A stretch of DNA of 64,000 bases from Candidatus Poribacteria bacterium (lineage in GTDB: Bacteria; Poribacteria; WGA-4E; WGA-3G). The DNA is taken from contig OZ250160.1 in assembly GCA_965237835.1 (NCBI GenBank), positions 128,503 to 192,502 of the forward strand. The letters run 5' to 3'. Numbering within the stretch: the first letter of the stretch is position 1; every line of letters begins with the position of its first letter. The position numbers and the translations under genes are program-made. Positions 63,365 to 64,000 of the stretch are shown in pieces. Below the pieces are notes generated by a model. The model saw nothing but the letters and a program-made list of their open reading frames with translations. It ran no database searches and was not told the origin of the DNA.

Positions 63365-64000
63365 ATGAAACCTTTTTTTGATATGCTACAGAAAGAGAAA
63401 AAACATATTATCGGCTTAATGAGCGGAACATCTGCGGATGGCGTGGATGTTGCGCTTGTTGAAATTACGGGGTCAGGACTGACTACGAAAATTGAACTGA
63501 TAGCGTTTGAAACTATTTCATATTCACCTGAGATTCGCGCGAGAATCTTTGACCTTTTTAGCGTCGAAACGGCGCGGGTTGATGAAATCTGCACAATGAA
63601 TTTTGTGTTGGGAAAACTATTCGCGGAAAGCACTTTGGCGGTTTTGGAAAAGATCGGCGTAACACCAGAAGAGGTTGATCTCATCGGATCACATGGGCAA
63701 ACGATTCATCACATGCCTTCAGCGGCAGTCCCCGCTACACTACAGATTGGCGAACCTGCTGTGATAGCACATGAGACAGGCATTCCAACAATCGCTGATT
63801 TCCGTGTAGCAGATGTTGCAGCCGGTGGTGAAGGCGCACCACTGATCGCATACCCCGATTATTTGCTATTCCACCATTCCACCCAAACAATTGGACTTTT
63901 GAACATAGGGGGCATTGCTAACCTCACAGTGTTGCCCGCAGGAAAGGGTATTGAAGCAGTCCAAGCGTCAGATACAGGTCCTGGCAATATGATTCTGGAC
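63365..64000 (+). CDS. anmK: Anhydro-N-acetylmuramic acid kinase, N-terminal part (continues beyond the right window edge)
   Basis: Absent from the ORF track because there is no stop in the window. ATG 63365, then MKPFFDMLQKEKKHIIGLMSGTSADGVDVALVEI...DFRVADVAAGGEGAPL. Confidence 0.8.
   Translation, partial: MKPFFDMLQKEKKHIIGLMSGTSADGVDVALVEITGSGLTTKIELIAFETISYSPEIRARIFDLFSVETARVDEICTMNFVLGKLFAESTLAVLEKIGVTPEEVDLIGSHGQTIHHMPSAAVPATLQIGEPAVIAHETGIPTIADFRVADVAAGGEGAPLIAYPDYLLFHHSTQTIGLLNIGGIANLTVLPAGKGIEAVQASDTGPGNMILD

Overview
This 64-kb window comes from a bacterial chromosome that is unusually rich in MITE- and REP-like repeats. The lineage cannot be fixed from the sequence. The gene content (DUF1080, Gfo/Idh/MocA, sugar-phosphate isomerase, pectate lyases, alpha-2-macroglobulin, a selenoprotein) loosely suggests a marine PVC/Poribacteria-like heterotroph, at low confidence. 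All domain calls come from motifs read by eye in the supplied translations; no database search was run.

Layout:
- 1-12.7 kb, minus strand: a DNA methyltransferase running off the left edge, then sugar and secreted-protein genes. These include an ArsC/Spx-like selenoprotein with an in-frame UGA that the ORF track truncates, a solute symporter pair and gmhA.
- 13.4-29.8 kb, plus strand: a defence island with no integrase or tRNA. It holds a PLD-SNF2 helicase gene cleanly split by an intact IS (23-bp inverted repeats, 9-bp target duplication), an intact 1193-aa Eco57I/PglX-like N6-adenine methyltransferase, and a Pycsar pair (cNMP-binding/TIR-like effector plus a small class III cyclase). It then holds a TIR protein with an unknown C-terminal domain, a duplicated FRG-domain + TPR module (once fused, once split) and a small 3-TM protein. 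Cassette junctions carry a shared repeat plus degenerate copies of the last ~25 codons of the methyltransferase gene.
- 29.8-37.1 kb: aminotransferase, beta-helix protein, AAA/PD-(D/E)XK protein, E1-beta, hflKC.
- 37.3-39.5 kb: four small orphan ORFs with repeated upstream modules.
- 39.7-53.4 kb: pectate lyase, PAP2, a 1842-aa alpha-2-macroglobulin with a CLEQ thioester, pyrD, membrane proteins, nested MITEs, aroC.
- 53.4-55.7 kb: two near-identical ~480-nt non-coding elements bracketing an mgtE remnant and a split CHAD gene. A third, diverged family member lies at 554-957.
- 55.9-64 kb: ROK kinase, a 559-aa orphan, a PARIS-like ABC-ATPase/DUF4435 pair, and peptidoglycan-recycling genes (anmK runs off the right edge).

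No rRNA, tRNA or CRISPR array was seen.

Best candidates for something undescribed:
- The FRG+TPR module and its fossil linkage to a methyltransferase.
- The ghost methyltransferase 3' ends at the cassette junctions.
- The hairpin-bounded CTAAAG-loop element family.
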